NCBI RefSeq assembly: GCF_035084215.1
Contig: NC_090364.1
Location: 12,524,001-12,588,000 of the forward strand
Length of the DNA: 64,000 bases
DNA from: Heptranchias perlo
Taxonomy: Eukaryota
Reading direction: 5' to 3'
Shown here: one piece after another, positions 47,101 to 62,100 of the stretch
How the letters are laid out: every line of letters begins with the position of its first letter
Numbering within the stretch: the stretch's first letter is position 1
Translations under genes and position numbers: made by a program
The notes under the pieces: model-generated
Databases searched by the model: none
Seen by the model: the letters and a program-made list of their open reading frames with translations, nothing else
Told to the model about the DNA's origin: nothing

Positions 47101-50100
47101 CAGGTCCCATCATGGCCTGTGCTGATCTCAGCTGGGGCAATCGGTCATGGCTGCTGCCCCTCATCGCCATCCTAGAATGTGCACGTGGACATCAGGCAAG
47201 GACATTAGGCACGTGGACATCAGACAAGGACCTTAGGCTTATGGACATCAGAGAAGGACATTAGGCACGTGGACATTAGGCAAGGACCTTAGGCTTATGG
47301 ACATCAGGCAAGGACCTTAGGCTTATGGACATCAGCCAAGGACATTAGGCGCATGGACATCAGACAAGGACATTAGGCGAGTGGACATTAGGCAAGGCCA
47401 GATGGCTCTTGGCTGTGATGGCTCTCCAGAGTCAAAAGGCCCATTAACACTCATTGTTTCGGCTTCAGACAGGAGGAAAGGTCATTTGGATGTGGTACCA
47501 GAGGGTAATCTTCATCTGCGAACCTGAGTCCAAGGATCGGATGCCTCCTTCAGCAGGGAAAGGAAACCCCCAATATTCCTGGGTGGGAACTAATTGTACT
47601 TCAACTCCCTTAGGAAGAGTGAATTGTTCTAAAATGTAGAGACTCGTTTTATAAAATTAGACCATTCAGTACCCAGTGACACAAGCCTGGTATATAACAC
47701 CAAAAGGCTGTTCTTTTACTGTTGGGCAACCCAGTGATGAGACAAGGACACCACTGAGGCTGAAAAGGGTGAGAAGGAGAATGTGGTAAATCAAGAAATA
47801 GTGATTAGATGATGTCAAGTTTGGGTTTTAAACACTTGTAGATTGTAGGAGAAAGGGAAGACTGAGGGAAGTGAGGAGTTTCGCAGTTGTGAGGTCCAGA
47901 GAAAGAATGGATTAGAGTAGGAGTCCATGGAATGGGTTCTGATTTCAACACGGTAAGGATTCAGGGAGGAAGAGTGTGTAGGATGGTGTATTAGAGTGAA
48001 TGAGAGAGGGAAATTCAGAGGAGCAATGACCATAGTAGTATTGATAAAACAGAGAAAGACAAGGCAGCCTTCAATGGGGAGAGAGGTTGGCAGATAGTAT
48101 TGGGAGTAGAGTCACCTATCAAGTGAATCAAGCCAGCACCTGTATCAGTATTGTAATATATAATAGTGACTCTAAGTAACAAGCCCCAGCACTCACCCTC
48201 AATGATTCCCCATGGGGTTTTCCTTCCCAACACTCTTTTCCCATTTATTTGATATTCCGTGTCACTGCCAACAATGGCAAATGGCACGGTTTCCTGTGGG
48301 ATAGAAAAACACAACACCAGGTGAGGATAAATCATTTAAGGTTGATCAGCGAATGCTTTGTTCAGCTGGGTTTCAACACAGTGAGAATTCAAGGACATTG
48401 TTTAAAAGGAGAGTGCACTGACCATCATAGTATTGGTAAAAGAGAGAGACATGGGCCAGAACTTGCTCTGACCCGCGTGGCAAGGCTGTCAGCACATCCT
48501 GCGGACAAAGACTACGAAAATACTTACCTCGTGGTCTCCGATGTCCACTTGCTCCCTTATCAATTTTTTTCAGTTCAGCGCTGCGATTTCAGCACAGGTT
48601 CTTTCGTGTCGATAGAGACTGTGGGATTGGAAGCCCCGCCCACAGAATCTGTCAGGAAGAGAAGCCCCGCCCACAAGCAGGCAAGTAAAACTTATACATT
48701 TAAAGTAAACTTCTGTATGTTAGTTCAAATAAAAATTTAACCTATCTTATTATAAAAAGCCAATCAAATGATTTAATTTAATGAAGCTTACAGAAGTTAA
48801 AAGTAATTTTTAAAAAATTTTTAATTTTTTAAATTTATTTTTAATGATCAAAAAATATTAAAATAAGAGTAATTTGATATTCCACATTTAAAAAAATTTT
48901 TTTTTTTTGTTTCGCAGTTATTAATAGTCACCGCGCTTTTAAAAAGTAGTGTAGGGCTGGTATTTTCCAGCATACCTTTTGTTGGCGTAAGTATCTTCGT
49001 TCCAGCTGGGCAGATGGGGAAGTTTGCAAACGTTTAATGATTTCTATGATTTTAACGTAGGTGGCCTTTTAATTCAGAACTGTCAAACCGCTAGCGAACC
49101 AATGGGAGCAAGTTCGCAATTTCGGGGTTTTATTGCGCATGTGTGCATCCGCGAACTTGCAAAATTGATTCGCCGGCAGAGAGAGAGGACGCCATTCAGG
49201 GACGGTGAGTAATTTCTGGGCCGATATCCCTGGGTAACGGAGTCCAGCCTGGTTTTAAACATCAATCAAGGCGCTTTCATCAGAATATCTACCGAAAGGC
49301 ATGGTCTGTGGGTGCAGTGCGATGGGGGATTGTGGGGCTCTGACAAAGGGTCTCTATTCCAAATCAGTAACCTGCTGTGTGTTTTCTGTTTTTATAACAC
49401 ACGATTCATCATGTTAAACCATGTTGCAGTATGTTGTGTGGTACAAGGTCTATCAGGCCAAACTACATTACATTATAAAATTATAAGGTTTATCAAGTCA
49501 TGCTACAGGTGCAGCCACTATACTGCAGTGCATGAGATTCCCTGGGTCATGACATGTACTGTGAGAGACACAAAGGTCATTGAATACTCTGCTATCAATG
49601 TTACGATCACACACCTGTGCATCTGCATATGCTGTGCATACCTATACATACATGCACACACCTGTACACCTGCACACACCTGTGTATACCTGTAAAAATC
49701 CATACACCTCCACATCTGTGCATACCCACGCACACCTCAGGTTTAGACCTTCAAGTATTCATCTGATGGATGTGTCAAGTATTCATCTGATGAATGGCTC
49801 AGTGAGTAGCACTCTCGCCTCTGAGTCAGAAGATTGTGGGTTCAAGTCCTACTCCAGGGATCTAAGCGGCCACTGGAGTGCTGCATTGTTAGAAGTGCTG
49901 TCTTTCCAATGAGATATTAACTTAAGGCCCTCTCAGGTGACCATAAAAGATCCCAAGGCACTCCTTCAAAGAAGAGCAGGAGAGTGTCCTCACCAATATT
50001 TATCTCTCAACCAACATCATTAAAAAAGAACAGATTATCTGGTCATTATCATATTGCTATTTGTGGGATCTTGCTGTGCACAAATTGGCTGCTGTGTTTC

Positions 50101-53100
50101 CTACATTACAACAGTGACTGTGCTTCAAGAAGTACTTCATTGGTTGTTAAGCACTTTGGGATGTCCTGAGGCTATACAAATGCAAAATTATTATTATATG
50201 GTGTAATGTGTAACGTGAATGGATTCTCACTCACCCTGATCTTGTCATTCTCCATCTTATCCTCCATATCCTCATCAAATTCTCTCTGTGGGTAGAACTC
50301 GATACCATCTGCCTCCAGCTCCTTCCGCACCTGACATGTAAAAAAGCACGACAAGAATTAAAAACAAATCACAGGCAGTGCCCCAGAATCCCAGTGAAAG
50401 TTCATGTACTGATGCTTAGCAAGGAATGAGGCTGCAGACTCCAGTTAGGCAAGACCCAGTGAAACAGTGGGTCAGGTTAAGCACCATCTCCCCTCCCTAC
50501 AGCATTCTGTTGATTGAGATGTTGTGAATTAATGTCAGCATTTTCACTCTTTATTGGATTAACTTCCACACCCGAATTGCTGAATTTTATTACAACTTTT
50601 TGTAAATGCGTTTGATTCTCTCTAGGTGTTATTTTTAACACTTTTATTAACAGGTTTGCTTAAAATTCCTGGCTGCAATATTTTAACACAATCCTTAGCA
50701 CATTTATTGGAAACTTGATTGAAATAGAACAGACAGGAGTTTAACACAGTGCACTAAAAATAAGAGTCAGTAACATTCTGAGATTATTAACTTCTTGGCC
50801 AGGAAGGGATTTATGTATAACTTATATTGTGTTACTGATACCAGGTCTGGTTCAGTTTACAAAGGGTTAGCTCCCAGAGATATGCAAGCCATTTAGAATG
50901 TTGTTTTGGATGTTTAAGTGGAGGAACAAATGGGCTAGCTATTATAGCATTGATAAAATGGATGTCATTTAGCACATCCCATGGTAGCTCGCACCTTGGG
51001 GCTAGAATGGGTTTTCATTCAATATGCCCAGCAGGAGGCTTAGCTGAACAAATAGTGTGGGGGCTTTTTATTCAAGGTGTAACTTTTATTGGCAGCTTGG
51101 CAGACTAATCCTCAACATACAGAAACAGAGAGAGAGATCTCTCTCTGGAAAAGTCAGCGTAGGCGGTCTGAGACAGCCAGAGACACAGGGAAATCTCACT
51201 GTCTCCCAGCCAGAGAGGCTGATAAACTCCCGGCTGAGGTATGGTATGGAAGAGAAAAGGGTAGTGCTAGTTAGTTCGGGGAATGGTAACTTGTGAGTGA
51301 ATTTAGCCCATAATACAGGCTAAATTTTGTATTTTGTTATGTTGTATGGCATGGGGACCAGCAGAAAATTGATATAAGGAAAACGTGTTCTGTTCATTCA
51401 TATATTCTATGTAAAATAGATCAATATGTTGGTTTACAATAGGTCTCACCTCACTAGAATACTTTTCGGTCCATTTCTGAAGAGACAGGGGAACACATAT
51501 GGTGGCATGTGCAAGATAATTGTAGCTCATACATATAACAAGGGGTCTATTATTACAACATTTGAGTCATGCTATCGTTTAATTAGGCACTGGGAACTAA
51601 AGATGCACTCCAGATCATAGGGATGTGAAGCCCGCTTACAGAAGAATCAGGTGATGCTGAACCCAAGAATTCAGGAAATATAACAGTTAAATGGATGACT
51701 CTCCCTGAGACCTTGTGATAACACAGTGACAGAGGAGTTGAATGTTTTTTTATGATGGGGAAGAACATTTTCACCACTCGGCAAACTCCCTCCATCAAGA
51801 TAGTGTTGATCCTATGTGTGTTCCCCATGATTGCTCGGGCTCCAGGGTTGGGACGTTTCTGCCCCCTCAGTCCATCCACCTTTTTAAGCAAAACATCTAA
51901 ATCCCTTTAAAAGAACTTAAGGACTCTGCTTCATCAGCGGGTATTCGTTTACAGACGCCGTCACACACAGGGAGCTAGGGGTTCGGCCTGACTCACCCTC
52001 AATTTAAATTCATGCCTCTCCTCCAGGGTCATTGTGTCGGCTTTTGCAATGACAGGAATAATGTTCATTATTTTTCCCAGGCGCTTCATAAACACGACAT
52101 CCAGGGGACGCAGCCTGCAATGAGAAACACATCAGTCAGGTACCTGTGGGTGCAGAGGTGTCCATAGTTGTTTCGATGTTGAGGCCATGCTGCCTTGAAG
52201 GAGCCGCTTGGCCAGAGGCCGGCAGCCCACTTGGACCTCACCCTAAAGACCGTCCCTGCCTGTGAGCCTGGACAGCGAGTCTGTGGAGTCCATCCCAGTT
52301 GGGCCCAATTCGTTCCTCACCCAACCCCCCCACACACAGGAATGGGAGCCTCACTGGATTTTCCCCTCCGCAAAGTTAAGGGGTGCTGGGACAAATTTGT
52401 ATCGGCCCCCCTCCTGTCAACCCAGCTGAGATCAGTTACCCTGGTCTGTTTGGCTCGGTGACACTACGGTCAGCGCATTACAGTCCCCACCACTTACACC
52501 ATCCATGCTTAGCGTGGGCAGACGCCTATATCGAGCAAATGGCGCTAACCATTCGCCATTTCCACTGAAGTCAATTACAAAGGCGCCGCTTATAACACAT
52601 TAAGCGGGTTGGCTATTTTGGGCTGTTCGATAAACTTCTCCCACCTCGTTATCATACAATATTTGTATTTAAATCCCTCTGGGGATCATTCTGTGTCTAT
52701 GTTTTTTTCCCCGGGTCTCAGCGGGTTTTACGCAGTTAGTTTTGGTGGCCTTCAGAGTTGTACATTTCGCTGATCAGCCGGTGGGGGTAGGAGGGGGAGG
52801 GAGTGTTTCGCCATATGTTGGAAACGATCAGAGTGATCAGTTGCGGAGGGACGTGGTCAAACACAGGACATTGGACAGAATCGCACCTTCTGTGGAGGGC
52901 AGTGTCAGCCGTGGCTCAGTCAGTAGCACTCTCGCCTCTGACTCAGGAGGTGGTGGGTTCAAGTCCCACTCCAGAGACTTGAGCACAAAATCAGGTGCCG
53001 TCTTTTGGTTGTAATGTTAAACTGAGGCCCTGTCTCAGGTGGACATAAAAGATCCCATGGCACTATTTCGAAGAAGAGTAGGGGAGTTCTCCCCAGTGTC

Positions 53101-56100
53101 CTGGCCAATCTTTATCCCTCAACCAACATCACTAAAACAGATTATTGGGACCTTGCTGTGTGCAACATTTCCTACATTACAACTTCAAAATGTAATTAAT
53201 TGGCTTTAAAGCACTTTGGGATGTCCTGAGGTCATGAATTGTGCTATTATAAACTGAACGGGCGTGGAGTGGTGCCTGGCTGTGGGAGCGAGCTGTGTGA
53301 GCTCTGTTCACTGCTGTCAGTCCTCTGTGAGTGAGGAAGACCTTAGTTCCTGTTAAAGACGATACACTGTCCAACGCTTACAGCCAGCTAATCATGTTAA
53401 CACCAACGCCCCCCCCCTATAAGCGGTGGGGACTGTACCCACTAAGCCATCGGAGAGGGGAGAAATTAAATCTGCGCTGTGCACAATTCCTGAACAAAAG
53501 GGCAGGCAGGTTGCCTCCAGCCAGAGTTCTGCAATGCAGGTCGGACAGTCCCTTGTCCTCTCCGTCCTCCTTCTGTTGTTCAACTGGAAGGAGCCATTAG
53601 TGCAGTTCTTCAATGTGAGCAATGGTAGTCGAGCAGTGGAATAAGTTACCAGGGAAGGCCATTGAGGTGGAAAGTGTAATGGGTTTAAAGGAGCAATTAG
53701 ATGTGTATCTGAAGAGGGTAGTGATTGAGGGATATGGTGAGAGGAGAGGAAGGTGGGCTTGAGAACTATGAAGAAGGGACAGGCTTGCTGGATCTAACAG
53801 GTTTTCCGTGTTCCTAAAGATTCTTTTGTTCTTATTGAATCTTTTATAAATCACGACTGAGAATGTGTGTCTGGCAGGGGGAGGCCACTGTTTCAGGTGT
53901 AAATATCATTCATTTATGTATTAACGCCACAACTATTGTGCTGTTGTGAAAGGGTTTTGCTTTGCACTGACACTGAAATTGTGGTGTAAATGCTGAGTCA
54001 GAACCTGACCTGACTCCAGAGTGAAAGTGGAGTGAGATTCCAATGATAAAGTTGCTGTGTGATTGAAGTCAGATCGTGCCGCACCCCAAAGACAGCTTCC
54101 CCCCACGGTTCACTGCCTGAGATGGGACTGAGTCTCATCGGGTAGGATTGTGTCAGGTTTGATTCCTGCTCTGTGCTACGTCTGCTGATGGGAAGCAGGT
54201 GAGGGACCTACAGTTGGTCTTGTTCTGAGGGGGATAAACTCAATCAGTGTGCTGCAATGCATGGAAAATACGCAGGACTTACAAGACGGAAACAGGCCAT
54301 TCGGCCCAACCGATCCGTGTCAGCATTTAGCCTCCACGTGAACAGACTCCCAATCCCATCCTGTTCCCCTATCTCTTCATCTCCTTTTCCTTCATCCACG
54401 TATCTAACATATCCAATCCAATCTTGAATGTTGACGTAGTTCCTGCCTCAGCCACTAACTCTGGAAGTGAACTCCACAGCCTCACAACTCTCTGTGTGAA
54501 GAAGTTTCTCCTGCCCTCTGGTCTAAATCTCTTACATTTAATCTTGTTTCTATGAGCCCCTCGTTCTAGACCCGTCAGCTACCGGGAACAGTCTGCGTCT
54601 GTCTACCCTGACCGATCCTTTCATCAGTTTAAACACTTCTAACGAAAAGAGACCCAATTTTTCAAGCCTTCATCTTTGTATTTCCTCATTCCAGGCAGCA
54701 TCCTAGTGACTCTGCATAATATCCTCTCTAAAGCCTCAATGTCCATCCTATAGCGTGGAGCCCAATGCTACACATAGTGCTCTAACGGTGATCTTTGTAC
54801 AGGCTCATCATTACCTCTTGGCCTTTACATTCTATACCTCTTGTGATAAAACCTGGCATTCTATTAGCTGTTTCGACTGCCTTATGTCAGGAGGGGAGAG
54901 CACTGACAGGTTAAACAGAGTTCTGCTCTGTGGCACGTGTTGGAGTATTTAATACGTACGAGTGGCCGGTGGGTGAGATGAAGTACAAGCAGCAGTGCAC
55001 GCGGGTATCAGGGATACGCTTCTTCCTCGATATATTCGCCTCCTCCTTCAGGAATTTTTCGTACTGTTCGCTGATGTACTTCTCGATTGGCTCCCAGCTA
55101 CAACAGACCAAGGATACGTCAGAGCCTATTGGTCACACAGAGAATAGGGCCCACCTGTAAGTGGGTAACACTGGCCCTGACTTTACGCCGTGGGATACTA
55201 CGTATGAATGCTTGACGTGTTCGTCTCAAACTCTTCGCAGTAGTGGAGAGAGGAATTTCAGGCGACCGTGTTAAGGATTTGTATGTTAGTACCCCCACAG
55301 TGTAATGTTAGAGCCACACAGAATAATAGTCACCTGGGAGTGAGTCACATACAGAATAACAGAAACTATACCTGGGAGTGAGTCACATATAGAATAACAG
55401 ATGCTATACCTGGGAGTGAGTCACATATAGAATAACAGATGCTATACCTGGGAGTGAGTCACATATAGAATAACAGAAACTATACCTGGGAGTGAGTCAC
55501 ATACAGAATAACAGATACTATACCTGGGAGTGAGTCACATATAGAATAACAGATGCTATACCTGGGAGTGAGTCACATATAGAATAACAGATGCTATACC
55601 TGGGAGTGAGTCACATATAGAATAACAGATGCTATACCTGGGAGTGAGTCACATACAGAATAACAGAAACTATACCTGGGAGTGAGTCACATACAGAATA
55701 ACAGATACTATACCTGGGAGTGAGTCACATACAGAATAACAGTTGCTATACCTGGGAGTGAGTCACACACAGAATAACAGTTGCTATACCTGAGAGTGAG
55801 TCACACACAGAATAACAGATACTATACCTGGGAGTGAGTCACACACAGAATAACAGATATTATACCCGGGAGTGAGTCACATATAGAATAACAGATACTA
55901 TACCTGAGAGTGAGTCACACAGAATAACAGATATTATACCTGGGAGTGAGTCACATATAGAATAACAGATACTATGCCTGGGAGTGAGTCACACACAGAA
56001 TAACAGATATTATACCTGGGAGTGAGTCACACACAGAATAACAGATATTATACCTGGGAGTGAGTCACATATAGAATAACAGATACTATACCTGAGAGTG

Positions 56101-59100
56101 AGTCACACACAGAATAACAGATACTATACCTGGGAGTGAGTCACATACAGAATAACAGATACTATACCTGAGAGTGAGTCACACACAGAATAACAGATAC
56201 TATACCTGAGAGTGAGTCACACACAGAATAACAGATACTATACCTGAGAGTGAGTCACACACAGAATAACAGGCACTGTGGCTGGAAATGAGTCGCACAC
56301 AGAATGTAGGAACTCTATCTAAATACGCTCATGTTAACCACATTCCCTCCCCCCCCCCGCCTGCGTTTCTGAAAATGATATCCCCGTTCCCATTCTCAGG
56401 GGTCCACAGCCATTTCAAATATCACACGCTCAACTTCAACCCTAAAATGGCTGCTCCCGGCCTCTCTGACCCAGCACCGTTCTTTAAGGCCCTTCACTGA
56501 AATCCCTCAAGTAGCTGTTTGCGTGGTTCCAGCGTCACAGCAACGTACCAGTTGTCATTGTTGATTTGATCTCCGAATCCCGGAGTGTCGATAACTGTCA
56601 GCTTCATCTTCACCCCTTTCTCCTCGATGACTGTAACAAACAAAGAAAGACAATCAGTGCGTGGGCGGGGAGTGGAGTTCTGCAGTTTGGTCCTCCTGGT
56701 TTTATAATGGGGCATAGAGTGCAAGAGTAAAGAGGTAATGATGAGGTTGTACAAAACATCGGGTCGGGCCCAGTTAGTGTACTGTGTGCCCATTATAGAA
56801 AGAACATTAAAGCCACAGAGTGCATACAGTGTAGATTCACCAGCGTGCTGCCAGGATTGGGAAATTATAATTATGAGAAGAGACTTGAGTTACTGCGATT
56901 ATTTCCACTGACGCAGAGAAGGCGAAGAGGAGATTCGATATAGGTTTTTAAAATTATTTTCTCCGCTTCTATTTTTAGCAACTTTCGCAGCACCCTGCCT
57001 CATGTTTGAGTGGCGAGCAGGCCCTAGCCTGCCACGGTAATAAAATAATTGGCCGCACCATCTGCCTTCTGGATTCGTCCTATTGGACAGGACACAGAAT
57101 CTGGATAGCACAGGTTGGAGTGTGTTCCACATATAGAGGATAACACAGGCTGGAGTGTGTTTGATATGTACAGGATAACACAGGCTGGAATGTGTTAGAT
57201 ATGTACAGGATAACACAGGCTGGAGTGTGTTAGATATATACAGGATAACACAGGCTGGAATGTGTTCCAAAAATACAGGATAACACAGGCTGGAGTGTGT
57301 TAGATATATACAGGATAACACAGGCTGGAGTGTGTTCCACATATAGAGGATAACACAGGCTGGAGTGTGTTAGATATATACAGGATAACACAGGCTGGAG
57401 TGTGTTCCACATATAGAGGATAACACAGGCTGGAGTGTGTTCCAAAAATACAGGAAAACACAGGTTGGAGTGTATCACATATATACAGGAAAACACAGGC
57501 TGGAGTGTGGTACATGTATACAGGATAACACAGGCTGGAGTGTATCACATGTATACAGGATAACACAGGCTGGAGTGTGTCACATATATACAGGAAAACA
57601 CAGGCTGGAGTGTGGTACATGTATACAGGATAACACAGGCTGGAGTGTATCACATGTATACAGGATAACACAGGCTGGAGTGTATCACATATATACAGGA
57701 AAACACAGGCTGGAGTGTGGTACATGTATACAGGATAACACAGGCTGGAGTGTATCACATGTATACAGGATAACACAGGCTGGAGTGTATCACATATATA
57801 CAGGATAACACAGGCTGGAGTGTGTCACATATATACAGGATAACACAGGCTGGAGTGTGTCACATATATACAGGAAAACACAGGCTGGAGTGTGGTACAT
57901 GTATACAGGATAACACAGGCTGGAGTGTATCACATATATACAGGATAACACAGGTTGGAGTGTGTTACATGTATACAGGATAACACAGGCTGGAGTGTAT
58001 CACATGTATACAGGATAACACAGGCTGGAGTGTATCACATGTATACAGGATAACACAGGCTGGAGTGTATCACATATATACAGGATAACACAGGCTGGAG
58101 TGTATCACATATATACAGGATAACACAGGCTGGAGTGTCACATATATACAGGATAACATAGGCTGGAGTGTCACATATATCCCACATGGTAAAAGCAAAG
58201 CTTGTGATTTCTCAACATTTCACAATTTAAAGTGCGGTGACCGTGGGTATATTTGATTGCGTGTTACTGGGAAGTGGCAGGCTGTGTATTGAAGGATTTT
58301 TTACTTTTAATTCCTGTCTTTTAAGGAAGGCCAAAGGGATGGACTAAAAAACCTGGATTACTCGGTTAAAGAGCAGAATTTGGTTAACAACAAAGATCTG
58401 TTAAACCTGACCGAAATCAGAAGGCATGCTGGGAAGCTTGACCAAGTTCGTGCATATTATTATTGCTTCAGACTGACGAGAAGCTACAGCGTTGTTCAAG
58501 GTTTGCTGTACGTTTGAAGGAAGCGGTTAGAGATAAGGAAAGGCAGAACAAAGGGAGATGTCTTCTCCTGCCGTGAGAGAGAGAAAGTTGAAAAAAACAC
58601 CAGCGAGCTGTTTTGCAGCTGCAAAAATGGTTTAAAAACCACCATTTTATCATGATTTCTAGGAGACAGAACAAACGGCAGTTCAAGAAGACATCAACGA
58701 AGAAATAACCCCTCAGTCTTCAAGAAGAAGGAGTGATCACCCTTACTTCTGAGTTGTACTCCCGGATAAGGTTGTAAGCATCTTTATCTGTGAAACTATC
58801 ATGTCATAATATCAATATAACCAATTGTTTAGAGAAGTATTTCATTCTCGGTTGATTCTCAGAGAGTGAGAGAAACACCCTACAGTATGCAAATGACCTC
58901 ACCGTGACCAACTGTTCTGATCTCCACAGTTTTAGGGAATTTCTCTTCTCGATTCCTTCCGCACGATTTCCGACTGACTTGGGACTTAAACAGCGTGTTC
59001 ACCAGTGTTGACTTCCCCAAGCCGCTCTGACCTAGAAATACAGAGGTGGGGAGATTTGTTTTTTTAATCAATGGAACAGTGACTAGCAAATTAATTTCAA

Positions 59101-62100
59101 TATAGATAAGTGTGAAGTGGTACATTTTGGTAGGAGGAATAAGGAGGCCGCATTCTGCTTGGGACAATAAGAGTCTAAATGGGGTAAAGGTGCAAAGGGA
59201 TCTAGGGGTACAGATTCACAAATCGTTAAAAGTAGCAACGCAGATTAACAATGGCATAAAAAGTGCAAACAAAGTACTGGAGTTCATTTCTAGAGATACA
59301 GAATTCAAAAGCAGAGAACCTATGTTTTTTTTATTCGTTCATGGGATGTGGGCGTCGCTGGTGAGGCCGGCATTTATTGCCCATCGCTAATTGCCCTTGA
59401 GAAGGTGGTGGTGAGCCGCCTTCTTGAACCGCTGCAGTCCATGTGGTGAAGGTTCTCCCACAGTGCTGTTAGGAAGGGAATTCCAGGATTTTGACCCAGC
59501 GACAATGAAGGAACGGCGATATATTTCCAAATCGGGATGGTGTGTGACTTGGAGGGGAACGTGCAGGTGGTGGTGTTCCCATGTACCTGCTGCTTATAAA
59601 GAACCTTGGTTAGACCACACTTGGAGTACTGTCAATAGTTCTGGTCTCCATATTATAAAAAGGATATAGAGGCACTGGAGAAGGTACAAAAAAGATTTAC
59701 AAGGATGATACCAGAACTGAGAGGTTATAACTATCAGGAAAGACGGAACAGGCTGGGGGTCTTTTCTCTAGAAGAGAGAAGGCTGAGGGGTGACCTGATA
59801 GAGTCTTTAAAATTATGAAGGGGTTCGACAGGGTAAACATAGAGAAGATGTTTCCACTTGTGCAAGAGTCCGAAACTAGGGGCCATTAATATAAGATAGT
59901 CACTAATAAATCCAATAAGGAATTCAGGAGAAACTTCTTTACCCAGAGAGTGGTTAGAATGTAGAACTTGCTACCAAATGGAATGGTTGAGTGAATAGCA
60001 TAGTTGCATTTAAGGGGAAACTAGAAACATTCATGAGGGAGAAAGGAATAGAAGGATATGCTGATAGGGTGAGATGAAGTAAGGTTGGAGGAGGTTCGTG
60101 TGGAGCATAAACACCGGCATGGACCAGTTGGGCCGAATGGCCTGTTTCTGTGCTGTAAATTCTATGTAAAGATTCCTTCTATTTTCTCCCTGCCTCTGCT
60201 GAAGGCTGGTAGATTCCAGCATCCTCCAGTTCCTCACCCTCACTCAGATCACCCACTCGACTGTGGATGTCGATGGGCTATTTAGTCGTGGGGAGCATCG
60301 CACCTCAGCCGATGTTGCACTCACACTTGCTAGCGAATGCCTCTGGCCGGTAATGGGAGCGGGTGAATACTGGCCGGTTTTGTCCCACGAAAGCTGAAGT
60401 CAGTTGCAGCGTCTCCAGCCTGCCTTCTGGCTGAGATTAATCCTCATTTATTTATTTACTTGGATTTTTCCCCCCGCCTTCTTAAAAAAATTATTCCACT
60501 TATTAAGCAAACTTAAAAAAAGTTTGAGAGCAGCATTGTACTTGGTACTTAGCTTCATGCTGAGAGTGCCTTTGCAGTTATAGAACGGGGGAGGGAATCT
60601 CAGGCTACCACTCATTGCGGAGGCAAGTGTCTCTCAGGGCTGTTTGAAAATGGTAATTTTACTAACTGGATGAGGCAGTGCTGATTTTACCGAATATATT
60701 ATTTAACATTGTGTTAGCAGAGGCAGCTTCTGTCTCTGATCCTCATAAGGAGCAATCTGTTGGTGCATATGTGCAAGTATGTGCGTGTATATGTATATAA
60801 ACCCACTACAGAATGTGTAAAAGCCGACAATTCACTTCCTCTTGTACTGTTTGGCTTGTGTGTGTGTCTCAGGGTTGCCAACTCTAATTGGACATATTCC
60901 TGGAGGTTTCATCACATGACCTCCGGCCTCCAACTGCCCCGCCCAGTCAAACAGTCTTTTTTCCCCGTCACCAATATTTTTATAACTAATAAACATAAGT
61001 TACATCGAGTCTACAGCACAGAAACAGGCCATTCGGCCCAACTGGTCTATGCCGGTGTTTATGTTCCACACGAGCCTCCTCCCTCCCTACTTATCTAACC
61101 CTATCTTCATATTCCTTCTATCCCTTTCTCCCTCATGTACCTATCTAGCTTCCCCTTAAATGAATCTATGCTATTCACCTCAACTACTCTTTGTAGTAGC
61201 GAGTTCCACATTCTCAACAGTCCTTGGGTAAAGAAGTTTCTCCTGAATTCCTTACTGGATTTATTAGTGACTATTTTATATTTATGACCTCTAGTTTTGG
61301 ACTCTCCCACAAGTGAAAACATTTTCTCCACTTCCAACCTATCAAACCCTTTCATTATCTTAACGACCTTTATCAGGTCACCCCTCAGCCTTCTCTGCCC
61401 CAGTCTGTCCAGCTTCTCCTGATAAGTCTATCCTCTCAGTTCTGGTGTCATCCTTGTCAATCTTTTTTGCACTTCTCTAAGTGTTGAAAGAAAATTAAAA
61501 AAACACACCGTTTTTTAATGCCCCTATGATTTTTCTCCCAGATGTTGCTCACAGCAGTGTTCAGGGGATTAATCTTTAATCCCTGGAGATTCCATGTACA
61601 ATCATGAAGGGTTGGCAACCCTAGTGTGTCTCAGTGTCAGCTCCAGATAAAAAGGAACAACTGACACCCTCCCAGTACTGTTGTGTTCATGTGTCAGAGG
61701 GTCAGAGTGCATGGGTCAGAGTTGGTGGCTGCCCTCTGCTCCATGTGGGCCTCTGTACGCAACTATAGTAGCAGAATGTTTGTTGATGTATCTATACAGA
61801 ACGTTTCTTACTTTCATGTTCTTCTCTCCTACGCTCTCCAACCCTGATGTTATCCTGCACTGTGGGTCTTGGCCTTTCACCTAAGTCTCTGAATAGGAAT
61901 GCCTTTTTGGAGCTGAACTCACTGATCAGGAACTCACGGGGAACACCGCCACTGTTCATCCCTGGAGTCGAGTCAAGAGAGGAAAATTCGGGAAGTGTAA
62001 AGGGGAGGTTAAATGCGACACCCAAATACTCACCTACGACCATGATGTTAAAATCGAATCCAGTCTTCATGGTTTTCCGTCGCATTTGCTCAATGATGGT

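Noticed and set aside
34848-58180. Tandem arrays as CRISPR arrays
   Set aside because: Eukaryotic context, no unique spacers, no cas genes; ordinary minisatellites.
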